A stretch of 64,000 nt of DNA, taken from Candidatus Hydrogenedentota bacterium (lineage in GTDB: Bacteria; Hydrogenedentota; Hydrogenedentia; Hydrogenedentales; SLHB01). The stretch is taken from the NCBI GenBank assembly GCA_963668025.2, contig CAXXTH010000017.1, forward strand, positions 960,001-1,024,000, read 5' to 3'. This document shows positions 49,001-59,790 of this stretch, one piece after another. Every line of letters starts with the position of its first letter. Position 1 is the stretch's first letter. The position numbers and the translations under genes were made by a program. A model generated the notes under the pieces. It ran no database searches. It was not told the DNA's origin and worked only from the letters and a program-made list of their open reading frames with translations.

Positions 49001-50569
49001 CTAATGGTCCAGATGATGCCCCATCCATGCAAAGGGCATGCAGGCCGCCGTAAAGGCCGAGTGAGCGGAGCCATATTGCTGGATGAACGTATTGAGCATG
49101 GGTGCAGCCGCATAATATCCCGCGACAAGCGCGCCGCCGCCGGGAACGCGCAGCAAGCCGTTATCACGGAATGCGCGTAGACCGGCTAATGCATAGGGGC
49201 TGTTCTTGAGCGCCTTGGACGCTGGGCAGTCTCCTGGAGTCGAGGTTCCGCTAAGCCATTGGGATACGGATGAATAGAACGACGCGAAAGAGGAAAAGTA
49301 GTCCATATTCCCGGTATTGTCGGAGCAGGAATGGGTAGGGCCGTTGCTTAGGCATCCCACCAAGACATAACCGGCGCTGGCCAAAAACAACCCGGAACCC
49401 GAGGAGCCATCCTCGGTGACGCCATCATCCCAATGGACTTTATTTTGATGCAGCCAGTCATAGCGCGCCAGATCCGTATCGACGATTTCCCCATATGCGA
49501 TCCGCATGTGGGAGCCGTCGGCGTGTCCCATGGTGATCACCGCATCGCCCGCTTGCAGAGCTTCCGTCGAATATCCGGCGTATGTGCGCCCCAGCGTGCC
49601 CGATGCCACGGAGTCCAGTTCGAGCAGGCTTATGTCTAGAGTAGCGCTGGTGGCCAGAAGGGATTCTCCGGTGCTGCGGGGCAGTGAGGAAAGAGCCGGG
49701 GCCGATGACGAGCCGCAAGCCGTGGCCCGGTAATCCCACACCACATCGATTTGCGTGGCTTCCCACTGCGAGGTGATACAGTGATTGGCCGTTATAAAAT
49801 AAGGTTCGAGGGTGGTGGTGTCGGGATTGTTGATCAGCGTGCCGGTGCACATCGCGCTGTCATAATCGGCGCTTGGGATGACAATGATGCCGACGCCCGT
49901 GGACACCGATTGAATGACGGAATCGGTCTCGCATGCGATGTTGATATTGCACGAAAGCAGTTTGCCTTCTTGGGCTTCCGCGAAGCTGCGGTAGAAATGA
50001 GAAAGGCCCAATACCGCCACTTGCGGCGTATGCGAGGACGAGGTTCTGGCCATGAGAACCGCCGTGTCGCCTTCGATGGTAGGCAGCCACGCGCCGCCGG
50101 AAACCGCGTTCGCCGCCGTATACGGCCCGAAGGCCCGTGCGCTGGCGGGATCAACAGCCCATATTTCCTCTCCAGATTCCAGGCCCGACAGATCTACAAT
50201 CAGCCGCAATGCCAATGCGCCGGTGGAAGTGAGCGAAGCCAAATACACCGTCTGTCCGCCATCCTGGAACACGCTCGACCATAACTCAGGCGGGCGAATG
50301 TCCAACGGCATGCCTGCCGCCATGGGCAAGCCCTTGGCTTCATTGCCCGAGGCGCGCAGCGCGTCGTTTTGGCCTGCATACGCATCAAGAACAAGGCGTT
50401 CCGCCAGATGGGCCAAATAGCTTTCGACTTGCGCGCGCGCCATGGGAAACAGCGATTGGTCCGCTTGCTTGACCGAAACCGGCGGAGCGAAAGCGGGAGG
50501 TGCGACCACCGCGTGGGCGGATAGGCCAACCACGAAAAGGACGAAAATGGACAGCATATGCAGTTTCAT
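49001..50569 (-). CDS. Secreted trypsin-like (lysyl endopeptidase-like) protease with CFI-box-CTERM-like tail
   Basis: CTGTLIN, TANHC, DISLLEL, GSSGS; tail CPA...LRAFRD..L...GG.LV..YY..AP. Confidence 0.85.
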   Translation of the reverse strand: MKLHMLSIFVLFVVGLSAHAVVAPPAFAPPVSVKQADQSLFPMARAQVESYLAHLAERLVLDAYAGQNDALRASGNEAKGLPMAAGMPLDIRPPELWSSVFQDGGQTVYLASLTSTGALALRLIVDLSGLESGEEIWAVDPASARAFGPYTAANAVSGGAWLPTIEGDTAVLMARTSSSHTPQVAVLGLSHFYRSFAEAQEGKLLSCNINIACETDSVIQSVSTGVGIIVIPSADYDSAMCTGTLINNPDTTTLEPYFITANHCITSQWEATQIDVVWDYRATACGSSSAPALSSLPRSTGESLLATSATLDISLLELDSVASGTLGRTYAGYSTEALQAGDAVITMGHADGSHMRIAYGEIVDTDLARYDWLHQNKVHWDDGVTEDGSSGSGLFLASAGYVLVGCLSNGPTHSCSDNTGNMDYFSSFASFYSSVSQWLSGTSTPGDCPASKALKNSPYALAGLRAFRDNGLLRVPGGGALVAGYYAAAPMLNTFIQQYGSAHSAFTAACMPFAWMGHHLDH

Positions 50570-50754
50570 TAGGTTTACTCCTGTATGGCGCGGCTGGCCC
50601 GCCAGCCGCTTGTTTTCGTGGAATTATACTGCTAAACGGACCAGGTTGGATCAAATATCCATACTCGATACAATTCTATAGGCTTGACAAAGCGGGCATG
50701 GCCTGCTTCGTATACATCCATACGCTGTGTTGAACAACGCGAGGAGGTGCGCAT

Positions 50755-52446
50755 ATGCCGGATCCATTGAAAATCGTGGTGGTGGGAGGTGTGGCGGCGG
50801 GGCCCAAAGCCGCTTCTAAAGTAAAGCGGCTCATGCCGGACGCGGAAGTAATCCTTATCGAGAAAGGCGCGTTATTTTCGTTTGCAGGCTGCGGCCTTCC
50901 CTATTATGTATCGGAAGTGGTGCATGAACAAAAGGACCTGATGGCGACGCCCGTGGGCGCGGTGCGCGACACCGCGTTTTTTCAGAAAGTGAAAGGCGTC
51001 CGTGTGTTGAACCGTACGGAAGCCATCGAGATTGACCGCGAGGGCAAGCAAGTGCGCATCCGCGCGCTCGAATCGGGAGAGGAATCCTGGCTGCCCTACG
51101 ACAAGCTCATGCTCGCCACGGGTGCGGGCCCGGTGGTTCCGCCGATTCCCGGCGTCGAACGCAAGGGTGTTTATACCCTGCATAGCATCGAGGACGCCGA
51201 ACGGGTGAAAGCGTCGCTGGCGGAAGGCCGCGTGCGCAATGCCGTCATTATTGGCGGCGGCCTTATCGGCATCGAAACAGCGGAGGCGCTGGCCGCGAAA
51301 GGCTGCCAGGTCACGCTGGTCGAGATGCTTCCCCACATCCTCGCAATGATGCTCGATTTCGAGATGGCGCGCCTGGTCGAACTCCACATGCAATCCAAAG
51401 GCGTCCGGATCATGGCGGACACGAAAGCCCTTGCAATTGTAGGCGAAGGCGATGCCGTATCTTCGGTGCAAACGGATAAAGGCCAATTGCCCGCGGAAGC
51501 GGTCATCCTGGCTGTCGGCGTCCGCCCCCGCACCGAGCTGGCCATGAAAGCGGGCTTGGCAATCGGAGAGAAAACGCACGCCATTGTCGTGGACGAATGC
51601 ATGCGCACCTCCGATCCGGATATCTACGCGGCAGGCGATTGCGTCGAGTGCAAGGACCGTATCACCGGGCAGCCGTGTTTCGTCCCCCTAGGCTCGACGG
51701 CGAACAAGCAGGGCCGCGTGGCGGCCATTAATATGTGTGGCGGGCACGACACCTTCCCTGGCGTGTTCGGCAGCACGGTATGCAAGGTGTTCGATTTCTG
51801 CGTCGGGCGGACCGGCTTAACGGAGAAAGCGGCGCGGGCGAATGGGTATGACGCCATCACAGTCCTTTCGCCGGGGGCGGACCGCGCCCATTACATGCCC
51901 ACGGCGAAGACGCTGATGATAAAGCTCATCGCCAGCCGCGCCACACGCAAGCTTCTCGGGCTTCAGGTGGTGGGCCCCGGGGCAGGCGACAAGCGCGTGG
52001 ATGTGGCGGCCATGGCCTTGGCGGCGGGCATGACGGTGGACCAGCTCGCCAAAGCCGATTTGTGTTATGCCCCGCCCTTCTCGGGGGCCATGGACAATAT
52101 CATCACGGCGGCGGACATCGCCCGGAACAAACTGGACGGGCAAATGGCGTCGCTGACTCCCATGGAAGTACGCGCCAAGCTCGATGCGAAAGAAGATTTC
52201 GTGTTCTTGGATGTCCGTTCTCCAGGCGAATGGGAGGAGGTGCGCCTGCCCGGCTCGATGTTAATCCCCCTTGGCGCATTGCGCGAGCGCTCGGGCGAAC
52301 TGCCCAGAGATAAGGAGATCGTCGCCTTTTGCAAGGCTTCGCTGCGCGGATACGAAGCGGCGCGCATCCTGCTCGGACAAGGCTTCACCGACGTAAAGGT
52401 GATGGATGGCGGGGTGGCCATGTGGCCCTTCGCGAAAGAGAAATGA
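50755..52446 (+). CDS. CoA-disulfide reductase-rhodanese fusion (CoADR-RHD/Npsr-like)
   Basis: GGVAAG, SFAGCG, ATGA, GGGLIG, YAAGDC, YAPPFS; rhodanese domain LDVRSPGEW...CKASLR. Confidence 0.9.
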   Translation: MPDPLKIVVVGGVAAGPKAASKVKRLMPDAEVILIEKGALFSFAGCGLPYYVSEVVHEQKDLMATPVGAVRDTAFFQKVKGVRVLNRTEAIEIDREGKQVRIRALESGEESWLPYDKLMLATGAGPVVPPIPGVERKGVYTLHSIEDAERVKASLAEGRVRNAVIIGGGLIGIETAEALAAKGCQVTLVEMLPHILAMMLDFEMARLVELHMQSKGVRIMADTKALAIVGEGDAVSSVQTDKGQLPAEAVILAVGVRPRTELAMKAGLAIGEKTHAIVVDECMRTSDPDIYAAGDCVECKDRITGQPCFVPLGSTANKQGRVAAINMCGGHDTFPGVFGSTVCKVFDFCVGRTGLTEKAARANGYDAITVLSPGADRAHYMPTAKTLMIKLIASRATRKLLGLQVVGPGAGDKRVDVAAMALAAGMTVDQLAKADLCYAPPFSGAMDNIITAADIARNKLDGQMASLTPMEVRAKLDAKEDFVFLDVRSPGEWEEVRLPGSMLIPLGALRERSGELPRDKEIVAFCKASLRGYEAARILLGQGFTDVKVMDGGVAMWPFAKEK

Positions 52447-52491
52447 CAAGTGGAGGGGGCGGCTGTCTGCGCCGCCCCCGAGTAATTCCAT

Positions 52492-52836
52492 CTATTCGTC
52501 GCGCGCGGCGGGAGCAGGATTTAAAAATGCCCGCTTGTTTTCCACCTCTTTAAATTCCTCGGAAGTGGGCATGGGCTCTTGTGTCTGGGTAATGACCGGC
52601 CACATAGCCGCGTGCTGGGCGTTCAATTCGAGGAACTCCAGCCATTTCTCCGGCAAGTCTTCTTCGGGATAAATAGCGCTGACCGGGCATTCATCAATGC
52701 ATGCGCCGCAGTCGATGCATTCATCGGGATCAATCGCCAGCATATTCGCTCCCTCGTGGAAACAATCCACGGGGCACACCGCCACGCAGTCGGTGAACTT
52801 GCACTTGATGCAGGGCTCCGCCACTACATGCGTCAT
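52492..52836 (-). CDS. fdxA: 7Fe ferredoxin (FdxA-type)
   Basis: [18 protein letters not shown]...[16 protein letters not shown]. Confidence 0.92.
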   Translation of the reverse strand: MTHVVAEPCIKCKFTDCVAVCPVDCFHEGANMLAIDPDECIDCGACIDECPVSAIYPEEDLPEKWLEFLELNAQHAAMWPVITQTQEPMPTSEEFKEVENKRAFLNPAPAARDE

Positions 52837-53191
52837 ATCCAATCATCTCCTTATCAAAACGGGGCTGAGTACATCACCGGGAAGAATACCATTATGCGCG
52901 GGTGCGGTTCATATTCCCGCATGCCCGGCCCTTTGGTTATCATGGGAAGGCGGAATAAGTCAAGCGGCTGGCTAGGAATCATTGGGTGCATGGAGCAGCG
53001 TCCGCAACCAAATATCTTTTACTTCACCACGAATGAACGCCAATAGATTTCTCTCCCTGTTTTGACTCTCGCGGCATGGGCGTCCCGTCCATGCTGCGGT
53101 GGGAGCATACTCTTGTGCGTCAAGCCATTCGCGGCATTGACTCTTTCGCTTCGCATCTGCAACCATCTCGTTTGTTTTACTCACGGGGCGC

Positions 53192-55855
53192 GTGCGCCCA
53201 TCAGGAAGGAAGGCGCATCTGTATTCACGTTGCAAAATCGGGCGCTGGCTTTGGGCGGCGCTGGCTATATTGGCCGCCGCCGCGCCGCTGTCTATTGCCG
53301 CTGAAACGGGCGGGCTCCATGTGGCGCATCGTTCAGGGCAGACCTTCCTCACGTGGCGTGAATCGGAAGCGGCTTCCTATCGGGTGTATGCCAGCGAGAA
53401 GGCCATCACCCGTGCGCATATCGAACAAGCGCTGCTCTTGGCGGAGCTGCCCCCTGGCTCTGGGCGTGATCCGTATTTGCCTGCGGCGGTGCGCCAGGAT
53501 CCAGCGGCGGCAGGGTTGTATGAACCTTCCATGCAGATTCTGGAAGAGGGGGGCGCGCCGCTCGATGTGGGAACAGGCTTATTCGTGGCGGCCATACAAG
53601 AAGCAGGAAAACGCTATTACGCTGTGGCCCATATAAACTCCGGAGGCGATATTACCCGAGTGGACGCCCTTGACGCGCCGGTGGCGGAAACGCCCGGGAT
53701 GCCCGCCCTGCTTCAGTTGGGGTCGCGGTTCGAGGATGCGCCTGATCCGGCGTTCCGGCGCTACCGCACCGAATTCGTTCATTGGAGCACGCCCGCGATG
53801 TGCCACCGGCCCAGCGTGCCGTTTCACTTGGCGGTCTTGACGAAGGAGCCGCTTGATTCCGCGCGTGCGTATACGCTCGTATTCTCTTTCTATGGTTTCG
53901 GCGGCGGATATGAGAATTTGGGATATCCGATTCCGAATGAAGATGAGATGGTGGTGCTCCCTTCTTGCTATTATCCTTTTTTGCGCGAGGTGAACGGCGG
54001 CGACTCGTGGTGGAGGGGGTATGTGCCCGCGCTGGCGGACCCGGATTCGGATGATTTGGCGTGGCATGATTTTGATGGAGAACGGCTAAACTATTATTAT
54101 GAAGAGTTGTCTAAGCGGTTTCATGGCGTTCCGGAAGCCGCATGGGCATGGGGCGCGGGCGCGGGTGCTGCCGGGGCGATTCATTTCGCCATGAATACTC
54201 CCGCCCGTTTTCGTTATGTGGCCGCCCAAACGCCCGTGCTGGATCCCGCCACGAGCGCCGATTGGGTATACCGGCAACTTGCCCCCTTGTATGGCGCGCC
54301 TTCCGCTTTGCCCGATGTATACAGCCATGTGTCGCTGATGGAGCGCATTCAACAGCCGAATGCGGATACGCCACCGCTGTTGCTGCAATTCGGGGTGTTC
54401 GATTCGATCACGGACCGAAGTGTTGTTGGGCGTTTTCTCGGTGTTTTGGACCAGCGCCGGCTGCCGGGCATGGGGGTGATGGGACTGTGCGGCGAGGTGT
54501 TCGATAGCGCCACTGCGCCCCGCCTGCCCTATTTCCCGAGTGAGTTCCGCCCAACAGTGGTCTTGAGCCATTTGCGCATCGAATCATGGGAAGGCGTGTC
54601 GTCTTCAACGCCCATCGAGGTGAACCAGGCCCGTGGATTCCGCACCCGCTACCAGGGGTATGTTTTAACGGATGAGCCAGAACGCTGTACAGTAGTGATT
54701 TATCCGTTGGGCGGTGACATGACCATTTTTCAGCCCGAGGACATTGCAACCCGCGTGAAGGTCTCGGCGGATCAAGATCCGGATGGGCGGTTTGACATCC
54801 CGTTCCTTCCGAATGCCAGCGAACGCCCCGTGCTGGCGAATGGCGAAGCGTATCCCGCCTATTGGTCGGCGCCGCTGCCCGCGTGGATGGAAGTGGACCT
54901 GGGAGCGCCCCGCCGGGTGTGCCGGATCGAATTAGCGCCTCCGCCGGGATATCCGCCACTGGATTGGGCGGCCTTTCAAGCGATTGACGCGGAGGGGAAT
55001 CTCATGCTGATGGAGTCCCGCCGGGACGCCGTTTCGACCTTTCCTGGGAGCTGGATCCACGTCTACCGCCTCAAGCCCGCCGTCACTTCCCGGGTCCGCA
55101 TTTCGTTCAACTCGCCAAGCGACCGCGCGCTGCGCGTGGGCCGCATCCAGGTCTTCGGCACGCCCCCGGAAGAGGAGGCCATCGCAGATGTCACGCTGCG
55201 CGGATTGGCTACGTTTCCCATGACGGGAGCGGTTTCATATGAATGCCGCGACACGGCCCGGCCAGAGCGTGTGTATACCGTGGCCCCGTGGGAACATGGT
55301 GCGCTCAGCATCGAGAATGTGCGTATCGAGGGCGAAACGATTCTGGAATTACATGCCAAACAGGCTCCGGTGGACGCGGAAGCGTCCGCACCGCCATCCG
55401 CCAAACCGGGCTGCCTGCAAAATGGCGGCTTCGAGATTTGGGAGGATGGCCTTCCCAAGGGATGGAATGGAGCGGCGGCAAACCAGCCATATGTGCGCCG
55501 CATGCGCGGGCAAGCGCCGGAAGGGGAGTCTTGCCTGTTGTTGTATGGCCAGTATTACTTCATGAATCTATCGCAAACCTTGGATGGATATGGGCCGCTT
55601 GCAGGCAAGCAAGTTACCGTATCGGTGCGCATCCAATCTTTCGAAAAGGACTCGGCTTCGGTTTCCGTACATCAAGAGGATCTGGGAGACCTGTATTCGG
55701 AGCCTCATCCTGGCGATGGGTTATGGCATGAACTGCGTGTTTCGTTCCGTGTGCCCGAATTCAGCGTGCATGATTCATTCATCGTTTCCATTGGCAACGG
55801 CAATCTGCCCAGGCAGCCTTGCTATTTCGACGATGTGCAGGTTCATGTGGAATAG
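53192..55855 (+). CDS. Secreted multidomain protein: alpha/beta-hydrolase-like, discoidin-like and carbohydrate-binding modules
   Basis: Signal peptide, HRSGQTFLTW, WAWGAGAGAAGA elbow, WMEVDLG, LQNGGFEIW...YFDDV. Start codon uncertain. Confidence 0.6.
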   Translation: MRPSGRKAHLYSRCKIGRWLWAALAILAAAAPLSIAAETGGLHVAHRSGQTFLTWRESEAASYRVYASEKAITRAHIEQALLLAELPPGSGRDPYLPAAVRQDPAAAGLYEPSMQILEEGGAPLDVGTGLFVAAIQEAGKRYYAVAHINSGGDITRVDALDAPVAETPGMPALLQLGSRFEDAPDPAFRRYRTEFVHWSTPAMCHRPSVPFHLAVLTKEPLDSARAYTLVFSFYGFGGGYENLGYPIPNEDEMVVLPSCYYPFLREVNGGDSWWRGYVPALADPDSDDLAWHDFDGERLNYYYEELSKRFHGVPEAAWAWGAGAGAAGAIHFAMNTPARFRYVAAQTPVLDPATSADWVYRQLAPLYGAPSALPDVYSHVSLMERIQQPNADTPPLLLQFGVFDSITDRSVVGRFLGVLDQRRLPGMGVMGLCGEVFDSATAPRLPYFPSEFRPTVVLSHLRIESWEGVSSSTPIEVNQARGFRTRYQGYVLTDEPERCTVVIYPLGGDMTIFQPEDIATRVKVSADQDPDGRFDIPFLPNASERPVLANGEAYPAYWSAPLPAWMEVDLGAPRRVCRIELAPPPGYPPLDWAAFQAIDAEGNLMLMESRRDAVSTFPGSWIHVYRLKPAVTSRVRISFNSPSDRALRVGRIQVFGTPPEEEAIADVTLRGLATFPMTGAVSYECRDTARPERVYTVAPWEHGALSIENVRIEGETILELHAKQAPVDAEASAPPSAKPGCLQNGGFEIWEDGLPKGWNGAAANQPYVRRMRGQAPEGESCLLLYGQYYFMNLSQTLDGYGPLAGKQVTVSVRIQSFEKDSASVSVHQEDLGDLYSEPHPGDGLWHELRVSFRVPEFSVHDSFIVSIGNGNLPRQPCYFDDVQVHVE

Positions 55856-55890
55856 AACGCCGCACCGGGCTCAAATCGCCGGACAAGATG

Positions 55891-56038
55891 GTCATTTTCG
55901 ACGCAGAGGCGCTGAGAACGTAGAGATCCGTAAAGTAGAAAAAATGACTCTCGAACAATTTATTCGCACATTCGAGAATAGAGAAGAGTGGATTCTCTGC
56001 GATGCTTTGCGTTCTTCGCGCGCTGCGTTAAAAATGAC
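55891..56038. repeat. Inverted array of 9-10-nt tandem units (CGCAGAG type)
   Basis: GTCATTTTCGACGCAGAGGCGCTGAGAACGTAGAG ... CTCTGCGATGCTTTGCGTTCTTCGCGCGCTGCGTTAAAAATGAC. Confidence 0.75.
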
Positions 56039-56241
56039 TCCGTTTCACCAAGAAGGTGAGCCTGGGCATTCCATGCTACACAATTATGAGGATGGCTCTT
56101 TTGAGCCAATGCGCCTGTTTGCCAGAAAAAGATGGGCTTTGCCCGGCGATTAGGGAGCGGGCGGCCTGTTTTGCGTGGATCTGTTTCACCTGATACCATG
56201 GACTCGCGCCGTAAAGAATCGCACTAGAGAGGTTTATTCGC

Positions 56242-56859
56242 ATGCCGCTGGTTTCATTACAAAGCGAGGCCTTGTTCGCCAATGAATTCAGCGCCATGAT
56301 TGCGCTGGCGGTTGGATTGGCGTATTGCCTGTTTGGATATCCCGTGCTCAGACTCATGGTTGGTCTTACAGGCTTCGTGGCCGCGGGGGCCGTGGCGGGC
56401 GCGCTCGCCAACATCTTCTCGGATGGCCAAGCCATGGTGGTGGGCGGGGCTGCCCTTGTAGGGGGAATATGCGGCGCATTCGCCTTATTCTTTCTGTACC
56501 GGCTTGGCATTTTCATCATCGGAGTCGCCGGGGCGTTTTTATTGGCGAGAGCCATTCTAGAGGGCGGGGCCGCGCCATGGACGCCTTGGGCTATCTTGGG
56601 TTCGAGTGTGTTGGGCGGCGTGGTGGCGCTACTGCTCGAACGGCCCATTCTCATCTTCGCCACGGCGGTCATTGGCGCTTGGGCAAGCGTGCATGCGGGT
56701 TTATTTCTCTGGACGCATGAGGCTAATCCGGCCTATGCCAGCATCGGCGGCATGGGTTTCCCCGCCGAATGGATTCGCTTGGGGGGATGGGCGCTTTTTT
56801 CTCTGTTAGGCCTGATCGTCCAGTTCCACCTATCGAGCAAACACCACGAGCGGCGATAA
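56242..56859 (+). CDS. DUF4203/TMEM198-like membrane protein
   Basis: GLAYCLFGY.. pattern, Gly-rich TM helices, ATAVIGA, GLIVQ. Confidence 0.75.
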   Translation: MPLVSLQSEALFANEFSAMIALAVGLAYCLFGYPVLRLMVGLTGFVAAGAVAGALANIFSDGQAMVVGGAALVGGICGAFALFFLYRLGIFIIGVAGAFLLARAILEGGAAPWTPWAILGSSVLGGVVALLLERPILIFATAVIGAWASVHAGLFLWTHEANPAYASIGGMGFPAEWIRLGGWALFSLLGLIVQFHLSSKHHERR

Positions 56860-56861
56860 GT

Positions 56862-58061
56862 TCAAGAGGTGATCTTCAAAAGCTTGTCTAGGGTGTCTTC
56901 CACGGCTATTCGCTCCACGCACGGGGCGGGCCTGCGGCTGAACTGCCGGTAGCGGCAGAGCCAGTTACATTGAAAACAGGGCATTTCATGCGTGAGTGTC
57001 CAGTTGCGCATGGGGCCTTCCGCGTTGGGATACGGATAGAAGCGCCCGTATTGGCCTCCGCCCATGAGCACGAGCGTATGCAGGCCTACGGCGGAAGCGA
57101 TATGGGCCGCCGCCGTGTCGCTGCTCAAGGAAGCCCGCGCCCGCGCCAGCACGCAAACGGCTTCTGGCAGGCTGGTGTGGCCCGCTAAAGTGATGATGCG
57201 GGGATCAGAGCTGAGGGGAGCCATCGCGGGACGCTCGTGCGCGGTTCCCATAAGAAGCACGCGCCAGTTGGGCCGGTTTTCGAGAAAGGCGTGCAACAGC
57301 CCGGCATATTTGGGAATAGGCCAATTCTTGAGCGCCGTGCTGGTGAATGGCGAGACGGCGATGAACGGGGCGTCCTGTTTCATCTCGACTCCGCATCGGG
57401 CCATCACGCATGCGAACGTATCTTCAGCCAATGCTTGCGGCAGCGTCCACTGGGGGGTGCGTGCGCGGCCAATCTCTTTATCCGGTGCAAGCCCAGCCAC
57501 TAAGCGCGCATATCGAGTGTATTCTGGTTCATCCAATAAAATGGGAATCAACTGGTTGTAGAACGATTGATGGCGCGTATTCGCACGGGCCGTTTGATTC
57601 GCGTGGTCGCCTTCCGAGGCGATAGTATAGCCCGGAGCCAGCGCCAGCAGCCGGTCCATCGCACTGGTGCGCGAGGAACTAAAATACACCAGGGTTTGAT
57701 ACTGGGCCATGAGCGCCGCCGCATGCTGGAATTCCGGCCATTGCGTGAGCTGTTCCTGCGCCAGCGGGATGAAGGCGTCGAATAGGCCCACTTTCCCCTC
57801 GATAATCGGATTTTCGTTCAGCCATTGGGCCAGTTCCGCCCAGGAAGGATGTCCAATCAGATGAATCTCCGCATGGGGAAAACATTGCCGGAAATCGTGC
57901 AGATAAGAGGAAGCGAGGACGAAATCGCCGATGAGGTCCGGCTTGATGAGCGCCATAGTTCCTGGACGTATGCTTGATGCGGCCATTTGGGAACGCATGC
58001 GCCGCGCGTTCCGATACGTCTGGCCCTCGCGCATGCATATGCGCAACGCTTTTAGAATCAC
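56862..58061 (-). CDS. GT9 (heptosyltransferase-like) glycosyltransferase
   Basis: DLIGDFVL, KNWP, LAGHTSL, SSDTAAAHIASAVG. Confidence 0.88.
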   Translation of the reverse strand: MILKALRICMREGQTYRNARRMRSQMAASSIRPGTMALIKPDLIGDFVLASSYLHDFRQCFPHAEIHLIGHPSWAELAQWLNENPIIEGKVGLFDAFIPLAQEQLTQWPEFQHAAALMAQYQTLVYFSSSRTSAMDRLLALAPGYTIASEGDHANQTARANTRHQSFYNQLIPILLDEPEYTRYARLVAGLAPDKEIGRARTPQWTLPQALAEDTFACVMARCGVEMKQDAPFIAVSPFTSTALKNWPIPKYAGLLHAFLENRPNWRVLLMGTAHERPAMAPLSSDPRIITLAGHTSLPEAVCVLARARASLSSDTAAAHIASAVGLHTLVLMGGGQYGRFYPYPNAEGPMRNWTLTHEMPCFQCNWLCRYRQFSRRPAPCVERIAVEDTLDKLLKITS

Positions 58062-58085
58062 GGAGGCCTCCGATGGTTTAGGTAT

Positions 58086-59132
58086 TCAGGCCCCGGCCCT
58101 GATGGCGTCGGAAACGACTTTGACGATGCCTTCCGCCCGCTCGATGGTGGGCACATAGGCGGTCGCGCCCGCTTGTTTGGCTTGGGTGGCGATGGCGCGA
58201 ACATCCCCGCCATCTTTGCCATAGACGAATTTGAGCATTTTTGCTAAGCGCGGCGAGGCGGACAGAATCCGGCACACATCCACGCCGGTGCATGCGCCTA
58301 ATTCATACGACATGAGAATCGCTACTGGCAAGGAATAGCCTAGCCGCGCCATGGCGGAAACGGGGTTGTCGGTGGTGGCCACGTCGATGTCATGCTGCCG
58401 GAACAGCTCGCGCAGGGAAGCGACGCTATCGGGGTTGGGCTCGATCATCAGCACCCATGGCCGGCGGTGTGTGCACACGCTAGGGCCTGCCTGGGCGATT
58501 CCAAGGAAGAATTCAATTCCGGAACGCTGGATTTCCGTCAGAGCTCCAAATGCCAGGCCCAGGATATGCCCATCTGGGGCCGGAGATACGGAACACACTT
58601 TCACGGGCGCTTCTTCAAGCGTGCTCTCGGCGGGGAGTTCGATGCACAGTTTGAAGGAGAGGCCCTTCCCGACGGCTGCTTGGACGAGTACTTTACATCC
58701 GCCCAAGCTCATATCGATGGTTTCACCGGATATGGCTCCGCCGCCTTCGTTGATGAGCAGGCATGGGGCATGCAATTCGACACGTTCGTTGCGCCGGATG
58801 GGCACGGTTTGAAATGTCTTTGGCCAGGTAAAACGGAAAAACGAGTAGTAAGCGCCCGTGCCCATATCGAGGATGCTGGAGGTGAAGGCGCATGCCTGGC
58901 CATGCGCCATAAAACGGACGACGCATACCTGGTTCTGCTGCAAGTCCGACGCATACTGCCGTTCGGAGGGGGCCTGCATAAACAGGTATTCGCCGGTATG
59001 CCATCCCCGGAGCATGGAAGAAAACCGGCGCCTGCTCACCATGCTAGGTTCCGCATCGACAATAAAGGTAAGCCCGACGGAGAGCAATGACTCCAGCGCC
59101 GGATTTTCTATTTCCCTGTCGGCCATGCGCAT
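58086..59132 (-). CDS. YcgR-like PilZN-PilZ protein fused to a pseudo-receiver domain
   Basis: RRNER (RxxxR) and DMSLGG (DxSxxG). C-terminal REC fold with ILMSY in place of the acceptor Asp. Confidence 0.8.
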   Translation of the reverse strand: MRMADREIENPALESLLSVGLTFIVDAEPSMVSRRRFSSMLRGWHTGEYLFMQAPSERQYASDLQQNQVCVVRFMAHGQACAFTSSILDMGTGAYYSFFRFTWPKTFQTVPIRRNERVELHAPCLLINEGGGAISGETIDMSLGGCKVLVQAAVGKGLSFKLCIELPAESTLEEAPVKVCSVSPAPDGHILGLAFGALTEIQRSGIEFFLGIAQAGPSVCTHRRPWVLMIEPNPDSVASLRELFRQHDIDVATTDNPVSAMARLGYSLPVAILMSYELGACTGVDVCRILSASPRLAKMLKFVYGKDGGDVRAIATQAKQAGATAYVPTIERAEGIVKVVSDAIRAGA

Positions 59133-59790
59133 CCGCCCCGTGTGTGTAAGTTCCGCGATATAAGCACCCCGATGCAATTGTATGCCAAGGGGGTGCGCAA
59201 GGCAAGTGCAGTATGATGGACGAACATGGTATGGGCGTCTCGCCCATGAATCGATGGCCCATGATACTCGCTTCATGAGTGGGACATCCATCCCTAGAAT
59301 ATGGCCTCTTCAACTCGTTTTCAGCCAAAGTACACATATAGACTTATATTTTTTGCGGTTTTCTATTGTAAAAGACAAGATGCGTCGGACAATAACGATT
59401 AATGCAGCTTTGCGCCAATGCCTGCCGGAATGGAAGTTACAGAGTTATGGCTCATGGATGCTTATTGCAAAAAAGGCGGATAATTACCGCATTAATGGAG
59501 CTCAACTAAAACACAAATCGGTTTGACTGATTTCACCTCACAAAAGGCACACGAAGAGACAAGAAATCTGGAACCGAGGCAACTATGCCGCCACAGGTAA
59601 ATCGGTGACTTAATCTCGGCCTCCATTTGTCCCACTTTCGCTGATGATATACAATCGTCCTATCGCTGTCGGGCTGACATGAAAAGTGGGTATTCATTGG
59701 CCGGCGTTGGTTTCTACTATGCTATGAAAGATACGACGGTGTAAGTGCATCTGGCCAAGCGCGGTTAGCGAAAAGGAGTAAAGGCTTGCT

